A stretch of 64,000 bases of DNA from an uncultured Bacteroidales bacterium (GTDB lineage Bacteria; Bacteroidota; Bacteroidia; Bacteroidales; UBA7960), in contig CAYVQC010000009.1 in the NCBI GenBank assembly GCA_964453995.1, positions 16,408 to 80,407 on the forward strand. The letters are read 5' to 3'. The translations under genes were made by a program, and so were the position numbers. Numbering within the stretch: position 1 is the first letter of the stretch; each line of letters starts with the position of its first letter. Below the pieces are notes generated by a model. It did no database searches and had not been told where the DNA came from. It saw nothing but the letters and a program-made list of their open reading frames with translations. Of this stretch, positions 54,870-64,000 are shown one piece after another.

Positions 54870-57008
54870 TTAGGGAAAGACCGTGGGATAGGGTTTGTTT
54901 TTCAGATCTGCAACATAAGCCCCCTGCATGGCCACACTCCAGCAGTTTAGCCCCAGGCTATCACATTCTTCCATCCATTTTTTCTGTCGCCACATGCTGT
55001 TGGAGTTGTCAAATATAATGGTATGCGACAGGTAGGATGCAGAGAGTTGCCCGATGCTCCAACGCGGATTTCCTCTTATTATAATATGGTGCAGGGTATC
55101 AGGGTAAATACGATTTGAGGGCATGGGGGTTTCCGGGCCGGCAATCAGCACTTCATTGCCCGAAACATTGAGGAAATTACTATGGAAAACCAAGGTCTGC
55201 CCGATCACCGTGTCAGCATGAAGCAGTACTGGTTCACGGTTTTTTATGCCTGATTGTAAACGGTTTGCCCTAATGTGAAATGCCATTGCAGAGGGGTTTT
55301 CGCGCACACGCTCACAGCTGTAAAAATAGCAGTTGCGTCCTTTTATGATATCTATGGCGGTACCGTTGGGCACATGATACACCACAAGTTGTTGTTTTTC
55401 GCGGCTAGATATTTCCCTCCATGAAAATGAGGCCACCAACAACAAAACAACAAGCAGTGAAGGAAAGATCAGTGCTTTTTGTTTCTTCATCCAAAGCCAT
55501 CCCAAAAGAGATATCAGTAGAATGATGAATAACTTATCATGAAACCCAATTACCAGGTTGTTGGCTGTAGAACCCGGTAATCCCTCTATAATCCTTACCG
55601 CAGTATGCAACAACAAAACTACCCATGACAACAACAGACCTACCCATTGGGAGATAATTGCAACAGGGGCCATAACAAAGAGCAGAATACCGCCTTTGAT
55701 GATAAGACCGGTTAAAGGGATCACTACAAGGTTGGTAAGTAAAAAGTAATTGGGAAACTGGTTGAAATAATACAGCGCAAGAGGACCGGTACCCAATTGC
55801 GCAGCCAATGATACTGTAATAATACCCCAGGCATGATCCAGTATTTTGTTTTTAAAGTAAAGTTGTTTATAAAACAAGGGCTGAAGGCTTACTATACTGA
55901 TCACTGCAATGTAGGAAAGCTGGAATCCGATCCTGGTGATGATAAATGGATCCAGGATCGCCAGCAAAAGGGCTGACGCGGCGAGAGTGTTGTATATATT
56001 GGTGCTGCGGCTGAATGATTGCCCGATAGCTACAAAGCTGAACATGGTTGAAGCTCTCAGAACCGATGGTGAGAACCCGGTTATGGCTGCATAAAACCAG
56101 ATGAGAATGATAATAACCCCGGTTTTTATAAATACACCTGCAGGCAGTCTTTTTAAGAAACCAAAAATAATATTCAGAGCCAGAAAAATAATTCCCACAT
56201 GGAGTCCGGAAACACAGAGAATATGCATGGCACCTGCGCCGGTAAATTCACGTTGCAGATCTTCATCGAGATATTCCCGGTAGCCCAGCAGCAAAGCTGA
56301 GGCTACCGCAAAATCTCGCCCTTTCAGGTTGTTGGATTCCAGTGTTTCAAGAGCCTTCTGGCGCATCTTGTGCGAGCCGGCAATGATTGGGTTACCTTCA
56401 TTTGCCCCGGTGGCGTGCCATTCATTGCTGCGGCGATAGGTTTGATGATAAATATTCTTTCGCGATAGAAACCTGCGGTAATCGAAAGCATGAGGATTCT
56501 GAGGTTCTTTTACCTCTTGATAATAATTCTCAATAAGGATGATGTCGCCATATTTTAATCGGTGTGCCAGGGAGTCCTTTTCGAGCCATACAATAATCCG
56601 TCCCTTTGTTTTTACTACCGAATCGTAGTTTAGCACATGAGTTCCCCTGCCCACTATCTGCCATGAATTGGTTTTCTCAGCAACCGGTTCAGTGAGCCTG
56701 ATCCGCAGCATTGCATCCGTTTTGTTGAACTTGCTGAAATGAGCGGGGTTGGTGAGCTCATAGTGGTTTTGTGCGAGAATATATCCTAAAAAACCAAGCA
56801 ATAGCATTACAAATAATCCTGATAAAAGACTGTAATGATAATGTTGAGAAAAGAGTTTTCTTAAGAATAAAGCCCCTGTAAGGAAAATTCCCAAAACAAT
56901 TGCAGCAGTAAAAAGAGATATGCTACTCTCAGCATAAGTAAAAACAATAACCCCTGCTAAAAAAGGAAGCAAAATTCTCACCATGGGTATATGAGAGAAA
57001 TGGGTCAT
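54870..57008 (-). CDS. comEC: ComEC/Rec2-family DNA internalisation-related membrane protein
   Basis: 712 aa with an N-terminal DUF4131-like region and a polytopic competence domain (GAGAMHILCVSGLHVG...). The C-terminal domain lacks an obvious HxHxDH motif. Confidence 0.75.
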   Translation of the reverse strand: MTHFSHIPMVRILLPFLAGVIVFTYAESSISLFTAAIVLGIFLTGALFLRKLFSQHYHYSLLSGLFVMLLLGFLGYILAQNHYELTNPAHFSKFNKTDAMLRIRLTEPVAEKTNSWQIVGRGTHVLNYDSVVKTKGRIIVWLEKDSLAHRLKYGDIILIENYYQEVKEPQNPHAFDYRRFLSRKNIYHQTYRRSNEWHATGANEGNPIIAGSHKMRQKALETLESNNLKGRDFAVASALLLGYREYLDEDLQREFTGAGAMHILCVSGLHVGIIFLALNIIFGFLKRLPAGVFIKTGVIIILIWFYAAITGFSPSVLRASTMFSFVAIGQSFSRSTNIYNTLAASALLLAILDPFIITRIGFQLSYIAVISIVSLQPLFYKQLYFKNKILDHAWGIITVSLAAQLGTGPLALYYFNQFPNYFLLTNLVVIPLTGLIIKGGILLFVMAPVAIISQWVGLLLSWVVLLLHTAVRIIEGLPGSTANNLVIGFHDKLFIILLISLLGWLWMKKQKALIFPSLLVVLLLVASFSWREISSREKQQLVVYHVPNGTAIDIIKGRNCYFYSCERVRENPSAMAFHIRANRLQSGIKNREPVLLHADTVIGQTLVFHSNFLNVSGNEVLIAGPETPMPSNRIYPDTLHHIIIRGNPRWSIGQLSASYLSHTIIFDNSNSMWRQKKWMEECDSLGLNCWSVAMQGAYVADLKNKPYPTVFP

Positions 57009-57163
57009 AAAGACGCTGGGTTATATCTTCAATACTGATCTGGATTGGCGATTGAAGTTATGAAAAATAACGATAAAAACAAAGCCTTGAATCCAAAAAA
57101 TATTACATTTAACGACAACCCTTATGTGTTGTCATATTGACCCGTACATCATTGAAAGAGCTT

Positions 57164-57712
57164 TTATTTGTACCTGTTTCTGCACCACATTGCTTCCGGT
57201 GATTTGCGAATCTTTTTGCGGTTATTTTCTTTGGCAGGGTATCCAAGAGTGATCAGGAGTAGGACTCTTTTTTTGGGGGGCACATGCAGTATTTCTTTTA
57301 CCCTGGCTTCATCAAACCATCCTATCATACAGGTTCCCAAACCCAGGTCTGCAGCCTGCAGACAAAAGTGCTCCGCAACAATACCAATATCCATCAGATA
57401 AAAGTCCTTGTCTTTTACATTGCCACCCACCTTTGAAAGCCAGTTGGGTTTTTCTGCAACAATGGCAGCAACCACGGGGGCCTGCGAAGCAAACCTGTTA
57501 AATCTGAGCAGAGGACCGTAGGTTGCACTGGCCAAGGCTTCGCTGGTAGCTTTATCGTCAGCAACAATAATTTTCCACGGTTGTGAATTGCATGCTGAAG
57601 GCGCCATGCGGCATGCTTCCATAATCTGTTCAATTTTTTCCGGTTCAACCGGTTTTTCTGCATTGTACTTACGGGTACTCTCGCGATGCAATACCAGGTC
57701 TTTAAAGTCCAT
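57164..57712 (-). CDS. Nitroreductase family protein
   Basis: 182 aa with RESTRKY, APSACNSQPW and the typical NADH/FMN nitroreductase fold pattern. Confidence 0.75.
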   Translation of the reverse strand: MDFKDLVLHRESTRKYNAEKPVEPEKIEQIMEACRMAPSACNSQPWKIIVADDKATSEALASATYGPLLRFNRFASQAPVVAAIVAEKPNWLSKVGGNVKDKDFYLMDIGIVAEHFCLQAADLGLGTCMIGWFDEARVKEILHVPPKKRVLLLITLGYPAKENNRKKIRKSPEAMWCRNRYK

Positions 57713-57915
57713 GATGTTTTGGTTTATATTTCTACTGTTTTTGCAAAGATAGATGAAAGTATAAGGATGGAGGGATGTAGTTGGTTTTCCTGTTGGGTAA
57801 CAGGTTCAAAAAATAATATCTTAGCAGCCTGCTGCCTGGGCATTTGCCCTTTAGCTAACCTGCAGTATTCTGGCAGCAGCCGGAAACAAAATTTTTTTCC
57901 CTCTTTGCCAATCAC

Positions 57916-57923
57916 TATCTTTG
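57916..57923 (+). promoter_or_regulatory. Candidate -7 box (TATCTTTG) upstream of polA
   Basis: Matches TAnnTTTG 26 nt upstream of the polA ATG. I found no well-spaced -33 TTTG. Confidence 0.3.
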
Positions 57924-57948
57924 ATCAGGATTTTAACAATATAAAAAC

Positions 57949-60753
57949 ATGCCCGAAAAAAAGAAACTTTTTCTGCTGGATGCCATGGCCCTTATTTACC
58001 GGGCCTATTTTGCTCTTAACCGCAACCCCAGAATCAACTCCAAAGGAATGAATACATCAGCCGTGTTGGGATTTGCCAATTCACTGCTGGAAGTTTTAAA
58101 GAAAGAGAACCCCACACACATAGCAGTTGCTTTTGATGCGTTTGCCCCAACCCAGCGGCAAACCGATTTTACAGCTTATAAAGCAAACCGCGAAGATACC
58201 CCCGAGGACATTGTCAGTTCCATTCCTTACATCAAACGGCTGATCGAAGGCTTTAATATACCGGTGCTTGAGGTGCCTGGTTATGAGGCAGACGATATTA
58301 TTGGCACCTTGGCCAAAAGAGCAGAAAAGGATGGATTTACAGTTTTCATGATGACTCCTGACAAGGATTTTGGTCAGCTCGTTTCGGAGAATATCTTTAT
58401 GTATAAACCCGCACGTATGGGCAACGATGTTGAAATACTGGGCGTTAAAGAGGTATGTGAAAAGTTTGGCGTGAAACGACCCGAACAGGTCATTGATATA
58501 TTGGGATTGTGGGGAGATACCTCCGACAATATCCCTGGTGTGCCGGGTATAGGAGAAAAAAAAGCAAAAAAGCTCATTTCTGATTTTGATTCCATTGAAA
58601 ATCTGCTTAAACACGTAGATGATGTACCAGAGAAAAGAAGCAGGGAATCTCTTAAAGAATATGCCCAACAGGCTCTTATGTCTAAAAGTCTGGCTACCAT
58701 TATTCTCACTGTGCCTATGGAATGGGATGCTGCCCTTTTTGAGCACAAAGCTCCCGATCCTGAAATATTGTTGCCCCTGTTTGAAGAACTTGAATTCCGC
58801 ACTTTTGGCAAAAGGGTTTTTGAACATATCAAAGAAGAGGCTCCGCACGTTGTGCCTGCTGCAAAACAAATACAAGGACAAATGGACCTGTTTTCGGGAA
58901 CTGACGCCTTTGAAGATCCGGCCGAATATGCCAGTAAAAGAGTTAAAGAACTCTTGGATGAGTACGATTTTCAGGCTGTTGCGGATAAAGAAGATATCAG
59001 CAGGCTCATAAGGGAACTGGCTTCTGAGGGTTCTTTTTGCTTTGACACCGAAACAACTTCCCTTGATATTCGCCAGGCACAGCTTGCCGGGATTGCTTTT
59101 TGCACAAAACCCGGCAAAGCATGGTATGTTCCTTTCCCTGCAGATCAACAAAAAGCCCTGGATCAGGCCGAAATGTTCAAAGAGATCTTTGAAAACCCAA
59201 TGGTGGAAAAAACTGGTCAAAACCTCAAATTCGATATCGGGGTTTTGAAAAACTATAATATACGGGTTGCAGGAAAGCTGTTTGACACGATGCTGGCTCA
59301 TTACCTGCTGCAACCCGATATGAGGCATAACATGGATGTTTTGTCAGAAACCTATCTTTCCTACAAACCCCTGAGCATAGAAGCACTCATAGGGAAAAAA
59401 GGCAAAGGGCAGAAAAGCATGCGCGATGTTCCCCCGGATATCATTACTGCTTATGCCTGTGAAGATGCCAGTGTAACCCTAAGATTGCGCCATGTTTTTG
59501 AGCCAGAACTAAAAAAACATGGTCTTACCCACCTGTTTGAAGAGCTCGAAACACCCCTGATTTATGTTCTTTCTGATATGGAATATCAGGGTGTGAGACT
59601 CGACACCAGGGCCCTGGAAGAGTATTCGCTGAAGCTGCAGGATGAAATAGAGAAAATTGAGGCACAGATATACGAACTTGCCGGGGTAAGATTCAACATT
59701 GGTTCACCCAAGCAACTTGGCGAAATATTGTTTGACAAGCTGAGAATCGTAGAAAAAGCAAAAAAAACCAAGACCAAACAATACAGCACCAGCGAAGATG
59801 TCCTTTCCAAGTTGGTTTTGAAGCATGCTATAGTACAAAAGATCCTTGACTATCGCTCACTCACCAAGCTTAAGTCAACCTATGTGGATGCATTTCCAAA
59901 GCTGATCAATGAAAAAACCGGGCGGCTCCATGCCAGCTTCAATCAGGCCGTAGCAGCCACAGGCAGGTTGTCGTCCAACAATCCCAATCTGCAAAACATT
60001 CCCATTCGCACTGAGCAGGGGCGTGAGATTCGGAAGGCCTTTGTTCCCGGGAGTGAAGAACATGTTTTGCTTGCGGCCGACTACTCACAGATCGAATTGC
60101 GGATCATTGCTTCCCTGAGTAAGGATCCTGCCATGATTGAGGCGTTCAACCAGGGGCTTGATATACACGCAGCAACAGCAGCAAAAGTATTCGGAATCAG
60201 CATAGACCAGGTGGACCGTGATATGCGCCGAAAAGCAAAAACCGTAAACTTTGGTATTGTCTACGGAATCTCTGCTTTCGGGCTTTCCGAAAGGCTCAAT
60301 ATTCCGAGAGACGAAGCTGCAACGATCATCAATAATTACTTCAGTCAATATCCGGGCATAAAGAAGTATATGGATGAAACCATTGAATTTGCAAGAAAAA
60401 ATGGCTATGTAGAAACCATTATGAAGCGCAGGCGCTACATAAACGACATCAACAGCTCCAACGGGGCAGTGAGAGGTTATGCCGAACGCAACGCCATCAA
60501 CTCTCCCATTCAGGGCTCTGCTGCCGACATGATCAAAAATGCCATGATAGCCATTTACCTTGAAATGAAATCCCGGGGGTTAAAATCGGAACTGATCCTG
60601 CAGGTGCATGACGAACTTGTATTCGATGCACGGAAAGATGAGCTTGACACCCTGAAAAAAATTGTGGAACATCACATGAAAAACGCAATGAAACTGGAGG
60701 TAGAACTCGAAATTGATATGAACACCGGGTCCAATTGGCTGGAAGCCCATTAA
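57949..60753 (+). CDS. polA: DNA polymerase I
   Basis: 934 aa with a 5'-3' exonuclease N-terminus (LFLLDAMALIYRAYFA), a 3'-5' exonuclease region (FCFDTETTSLD) and polymerase motifs (ADYSQIELRI, RRKAKTVNFGIVYG, QVHDELVF). Confidence 0.95.
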   Translation: MPEKKKLFLLDAMALIYRAYFALNRNPRINSKGMNTSAVLGFANSLLEVLKKENPTHIAVAFDAFAPTQRQTDFTAYKANREDTPEDIVSSIPYIKRLIEGFNIPVLEVPGYEADDIIGTLAKRAEKDGFTVFMMTPDKDFGQLVSENIFMYKPARMGNDVEILGVKEVCEKFGVKRPEQVIDILGLWGDTSDNIPGVPGIGEKKAKKLISDFDSIENLLKHVDDVPEKRSRESLKEYAQQALMSKSLATIILTVPMEWDAALFEHKAPDPEILLPLFEELEFRTFGKRVFEHIKEEAPHVVPAAKQIQGQMDLFSGTDAFEDPAEYASKRVKELLDEYDFQAVADKEDISRLIRELASEGSFCFDTETTSLDIRQAQLAGIAFCTKPGKAWYVPFPADQQKALDQAEMFKEIFENPMVEKTGQNLKFDIGVLKNYNIRVAGKLFDTMLAHYLLQPDMRHNMDVLSETYLSYKPLSIEALIGKKGKGQKSMRDVPPDIITAYACEDASVTLRLRHVFEPELKKHGLTHLFEELETPLIYVLSDMEYQGVRLDTRALEEYSLKLQDEIEKIEAQIYELAGVRFNIGSPKQLGEILFDKLRIVEKAKKTKTKQYSTSEDVLSKLVLKHAIVQKILDYRSLTKLKSTYVDAFPKLINEKTGRLHASFNQAVAATGRLSSNNPNLQNIPIRTEQGREIRKAFVPGSEEHVLLAADYSQIELRIIASLSKDPAMIEAFNQGLDIHAATAAKVFGISIDQVDRDMRRKAKTVNFGIVYGISAFGLSERLNIPRDEAATIINNYFSQYPGIKKYMDETIEFARKNGYVETIMKRRRYINDINSSNGAVRGYAERNAINSPIQGSAADMIKNAMIAIYLEMKSRGLKSELILQVHDELVFDARKDELDTLKKIVEHHMKNAMKLEVELEIDMNTGSNWLEAH

Positions 60754-60775
60754 AGAAAGAAAACTCATGCAAAGT

Positions 60776-60801
60776 AAAAAAGCCCCGACCGGGGCTTTTT
60801 T
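60776..60801. terminator. Bidirectional rho-independent terminator between convergent polA and mltF-like genes
   Basis: AAAAA-AGCCCC-gacc-GGGGCT-TTTTTT. It is a perfect 6-bp GC stem with a 4-nt loop, an A-run upstream and a T-run downstream. Confidence 0.8.
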
Positions 60802-60832
60802 ATGAATTCATCGTTGGGCAAAACAGATTGTT

Positions 60833-62284
60833 TTATCCTTCCACGGCATTGAGATAATGTTCGTACCTTTCGAGTATCTCGGTAACGTAGTGGAAAGGCT
60901 CTGCTCCTCTGGCATAACCGTGTCTTACAACCGGATCAAGGTAGTATTTGGGCTTTGACTTGTTCAGGATAAAGTAATCCACATTGTCTTTCCAGATATT
61001 GGGATCTTTGCCGTACTTTTCTGCAAGTCTGCGGGCATCCATAACGTGTCCCAGGCCTACATTGTAAGAAGCCAATACAAACTTAACCCGTTCCTGTTCG
61101 TCAGTAATCACATCTTTTAACCGGCCATTGATCCAGTCCAGGTATTTGATACCTGCCATTATGTTTTCTACCGGCGCCGATGTTTGGCTTACATTGTACA
61201 TAGCAGCAGTATTGGGCATGAGCTGCATAATGCCAAAGGCCCCGGCCCAGGATACAGCCTCATGATTGAAACGAGATTCCTGGAATGCCATTGAGGCGAT
61301 CAGGCGCCAGTCCCAGCCCACAATTTCAGCAAAACGCTTAAAATAGTCATCATAAACGGAAATACGACCACCGCCAAGAGAATGATACGGGCTGCGGGCC
61401 ATCAGAGAACTTCTTGGGTTTTGGAAATACCTGGCGTAGAGGTTTGCATACTGGCGCGATTTCCTGAAATCCTCCATCCATTCGTCAATGGCAGCTTTAA
61501 GCAGAGGAGTGTCATGACGCACTGCCCACGAAAGGTTTTGCGGAAAACTCAAGGGTGTCTGTACGTCAATGTTGGCGTAGTAGGTTTGATTTACCTGGGC
61601 TACATGCTCATCACTCACCGTGTAATCAATTTCACCATTGGCAACCTTTTCAATAAGAGTTTCCGGTTCATGGTCTGTTTCGATAATGTAAATGGTATCA
61701 CCGATCTCTTCCATAAGGTTTGCCAGGCGCACCAGATGGGATGAATTGCGGTGTACATGAATGGTTTTGCCGGCAAGGTCGAGCTGACTTCTTACCAGGT
61801 AGTCCTCAATTTCTGAGGAACGCATGTGATACCAGTTTTCTGGCCTGCGTTGGATCAGTACTTGTCGGGTTTGGCTGTGGGGTTCGGTAAAGGCCAGTCT
61901 TTCGCGTCTGCTTCGTGTAACAGTAAGATCCATAGCTATTATGTTACACTCTCCTTCGGTGAGCAGACAGGAGAAATTTTCACTCAGATCATTGGTAACA
62001 AAAATCTCCAGTTCTACTCCAATGTGTTGGGAAAACAACCTGAGCAGTTCAAGATGAAAACCCATGGGTTGACCACGATATACAAAATAATTGGTAGAAT
62101 TGTAATCTGTGGTAGCCTTTAACACACCCCTCTCCAGAATTGCCGGTAAGTCATTTTTGTTGACGGTTTCCTCAACAACAACTTCCTCCACAGAATCTGA
62201 CCTGTTAGATAAAATCAAGCCGAAAAAAATCAAAAGAGGAATACCAACAACCAGGAGAAGTTTAACAATTTGTTGTTGTTTCAT
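60833..62284 (-). CDS. mltF: Membrane-bound lytic murein transglycosylase F-like (periplasmic solute-binding domain + SLT domain)
   Basis: 483 aa with a signal anchor, an SBP_bac_3-like N-terminal half and an SLT catalytic region ASMAFQESRFNHEAVSWAGAFGIMQLMP. Confidence 0.8.
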   Translation of the reverse strand: MKQQQIVKLLLVVGIPLLIFFGLILSNRSDSVEEVVVEETVNKNDLPAILERGVLKATTDYNSTNYFVYRGQPMGFHLELLRLFSQHIGVELEIFVTNDLSENFSCLLTEGECNIIAMDLTVTRSRRERLAFTEPHSQTRQVLIQRRPENWYHMRSSEIEDYLVRSQLDLAGKTIHVHRNSSHLVRLANLMEEIGDTIYIIETDHEPETLIEKVANGEIDYTVSDEHVAQVNQTYYANIDVQTPLSFPQNLSWAVRHDTPLLKAAIDEWMEDFRKSRQYANLYARYFQNPRSSLMARSPYHSLGGGRISVYDDYFKRFAEIVGWDWRLIASMAFQESRFNHEAVSWAGAFGIMQLMPNTAAMYNVSQTSAPVENIMAGIKYLDWINGRLKDVITDEQERVKFVLASYNVGLGHVMDARRLAEKYGKDPNIWKDNVDYFILNKSKPKYYLDPVVRHGYARGAEPFHYVTEILERYEHYLNAVEG

Positions 62285-62756
62285 AATTTCAAAATTTTGC
62301 TAACGCAAATCAGCCTGCAAAAGTACAAAAAAACACAACTTGATAATCTTGCTGATTTTTGTTATCATTTGAAATGCAAATATACGGATAAAAACGCAAA
62401 AAAGTCATACAAACACTGTTAAATACGAACATAAATTCTGTTGAGCTTCCGCAGCACCTTACAACAAAGGGGTTCTGGAAAGGCCAAATTGTTAATAACT
62501 TTTCCGGTTTTTCGTTTGCAAACGATTGTTTTCCCCCAAAAAAGCAACCGTAGCTACACTGAAAATGAATATTTGTGAAAAATTAACGTCGGATATTTGC
62601 TTAACATGCAGATAATCAGGGGTAAACTGCATAGATATCCCCTTTTTGAACTCGTTGTCGGTTAATCCGCAGGCGGGGTATTTGTATGGGTTGCTACCCG
62701 TAAAAAATAGATAAGCTTTCAGGGTTTTTCGCCGCACAGGTAAGGGAAATTCTTGG

Positions 62757-62764
62757 TACTTTTG
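62757..62764 (+). promoter_or_regulatory. Candidate -7 box (TACTTTTG) upstream of holB
   Basis: Matches TAnnTTTG 25 nt upstream of the ATG at 62789. It lies inside the tracked TTG-initiated extension, which argues for 62789 as the real start. Confidence 0.35.
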
Positions 62765-62788
62765 GGTTCTTTATCAAAAAGCCCAAAA

Positions 62789-63925
62789 ATGTATTTTAAG
62801 GATATTGCCGGACATGCCACAATAAAGGAAAAGCTTATTCATAATGCCCGCACCGGGCGCATCAGTCATACCCAGCTATTTCTCGGACCTGAGGGGAACG
62901 GAAAACTTGCCATGGCCATTGCTTTTGCAAGGTTTCTTTCCTGCCAGCAACCCGGCCCTGATGATGCCTGCGGTAAGTGCAGCTCCTGCTTGAAATACAA
63001 TAAACTTGCTCATCCCGACCTCAATTTCTTTTTCCCCATTGCTTCAAAAAAGCAAGGTGAGAAAACATACAGCAGCAAAGATTATATTACCGATTGGAGA
63101 GAATACCTGGAATCATCAAAGTATGTAAGCCTAAATTCCTGGTATGAGTTTCTGGGTATGGAAAATAAGCAGGGAATCATTAATGCTGAAGATTGCAATG
63201 ACGTGATCAGGGTACTGAGTTACAAATCCTACGAAAGCCCTTTCAAGATAGTAATTATGTGGATGATTGAAAGATTGTATCATGCAGCGGCTCCCAAATT
63301 GCTTAAGATTTTGGAAGAACCCCCGGAAGGGACATTGTTTATCCTGATTTCAGAAAACCAGGAGCTGGTATTGAATACTATCCTTTCCCGTTCGCAGATC
63401 GTTAAAATTCCATCACTTACAGACCAGGAAATAGAAAATGGCCTTGTTGATCTTTACCAATATCCGCGTGATGTTGCCAAAAATATTGCCTTTATAGCCG
63501 ATGGGAATTTTCATAAAGCCCTGGCAATGGCACGCAACGAAGATTCCCGTGAGGTACATACGCGGTTTTTAAGAGAATGGCTGCGCCATTGTTATTCCTA
63601 CAAACCAGATGAGATACTGAAGTGTGTTGAAGAAATTGCAAAGAGGGGAAGGGAAGGGCAGAAAACATTGCTGGGATTTGGGTTGGAAATTTTCAGACAA
63701 TGTACACTGGTTAACTTTGATGCAGGCCTGCTGGTAAAGACCAATGCTGAAACGCACGATTTTGTTGTAAAGTTTTCAAAGGTTCTTAAGCCTGATTTTG
63801 CCCTGCAATTAACCGAAGAATTCTCTAAGGCTATTTATCATGTAGAAAGAAACGCCAACCCCAAAATTCTCTTTACAGATCTCTCATTGACACTGAGCCG
63901 CATTTTTATGAATGCAAAAAAGTGA
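62789..63925 (+). CDS. holB: DNA polymerase III subunit delta'
   Basis: Contains MYFKDIAGHATIKEKL..ISHTQLFLGPEGNGKLAMAIAFA, a CGKCSSC zinc module and KILEEPPEGTLFILIS..ILSRSQ (the AAA+ clamp-loader pattern). Confidence 0.8.
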   Translation: MYFKDIAGHATIKEKLIHNARTGRISHTQLFLGPEGNGKLAMAIAFARFLSCQQPGPDDACGKCSSCLKYNKLAHPDLNFFFPIASKKQGEKTYSSKDYITDWREYLESSKYVSLNSWYEFLGMENKQGIINAEDCNDVIRVLSYKSYESPFKIVIMWMIERLYHAAAPKLLKILEEPPEGTLFILISENQELVLNTILSRSQIVKIPSLTDQEIENGLVDLYQYPRDVAKNIAFIADGNFHKALAMARNEDSREVHTRFLREWLRHCYSYKPDEILKCVEEIAKRGREGQKTLLGFGLEIFRQCTLVNFDAGLLVKTNAETHDFVVKFSKVLKPDFALQLTEEFSKAIYHVERNANPKILFTDLSLTLSRIFMNAKK

Positions 63926-64000
63926 TTATTTTGCTATTTTTGCAGGTGATGCTACTGAATTCTAATCCATTCCGGCAAAACAGAGCAAGAATGAAATCAG

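Noticed and set aside
58096-59328. 410-aa minus-strand ORF inside polA. Similar long antisense ORFs occur at 3111-4181, 19308-20099, 16419-17108 and 40243-40839.
   Set aside because: Each lies entirely antisense to a gene with strong, motif-supported homology. Their translations are low-complexity, rich in Phe, Ile, Lys and Cys, and have no recognisable motifs. They are typical shadow ORFs.
62492-62737. 81-aa minus-strand ORF in the mltF/holB intergenic region
   Set aside because: The sequence is not protein-like and has no motif, signal peptide or promoter. It is mentioned only within the intergenic-region finding.
1-64000. Search by eye for CRISPR arrays, rRNA, IS elements, integrases, prophage genes, toxin-antitoxin pairs and restriction-modification or other defence systems
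   Set aside because: I found no spaced direct repeats, transposase or integrase motifs, or nuclease/ATPase defence signatures. The window appears to be core chromosome, apart from the compositionally odd 50.4-54.8 kb module.

Overview
This looks like a Bacteroidota chromosomal segment. Evidence: TTTG-N18-20-TAnnTTTG promoter motifs, no Shine-Dalgarno sequences, and DUF4834/DUF4783-like, PorT-like OMP and YfhO-like families. GC is about 45-50% by eye, from spot counts only. I call about 50 protein-coding genes, 3 tRNAs (Val-GAC, Gly-TCC, Tyr-GTA), an rpmH gene missing from the ORF track, several clear rho-independent terminators and a few promoter candidates. I found no rRNA, CRISPR array, transposase, integrase or recognisable defence genes.

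Most of the window is housekeeping: polA, holB, trmD, rplS, rpmH, rlmH, rsmG, queA, pepD, dcp, comEC and mltF.

The most unusual feature is an 11-kb, nine-gene, same-strand cluster at 2226-13135. It joins a leucine/isovalerate module directly to a lower mevalonate pathway.
- Leucine/isovalerate module: acyl-CoA dehydrogenase, methylcrotonyl-CoA-carboxylase-type alpha and beta subunits, and methylglutaconyl-CoA-hydratase-type crotonase.
- Mevalonate module: HMG-CoA reductase, two GHMP kinases, diphosphomevalonate decarboxylase and type-2 IPP isomerase.
- The window contains no HMG-CoA synthase, thiolase or HMG-CoA lyase.
- This suggests a dedicated route between branched-chain acyl-CoA and isoprenoids through HMG-CoA.

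The second candidate is an AT-richer two-gene module at 50872-54834. It encodes a 600-aa secreted protein of unknown function and a protein with a signal peptide, PEGA repeats and an FGE-sulfatase-type domain that lacks one of the two catalytic cysteines.

All family assignments come from motif recognition by eye. No database search or computation was run.
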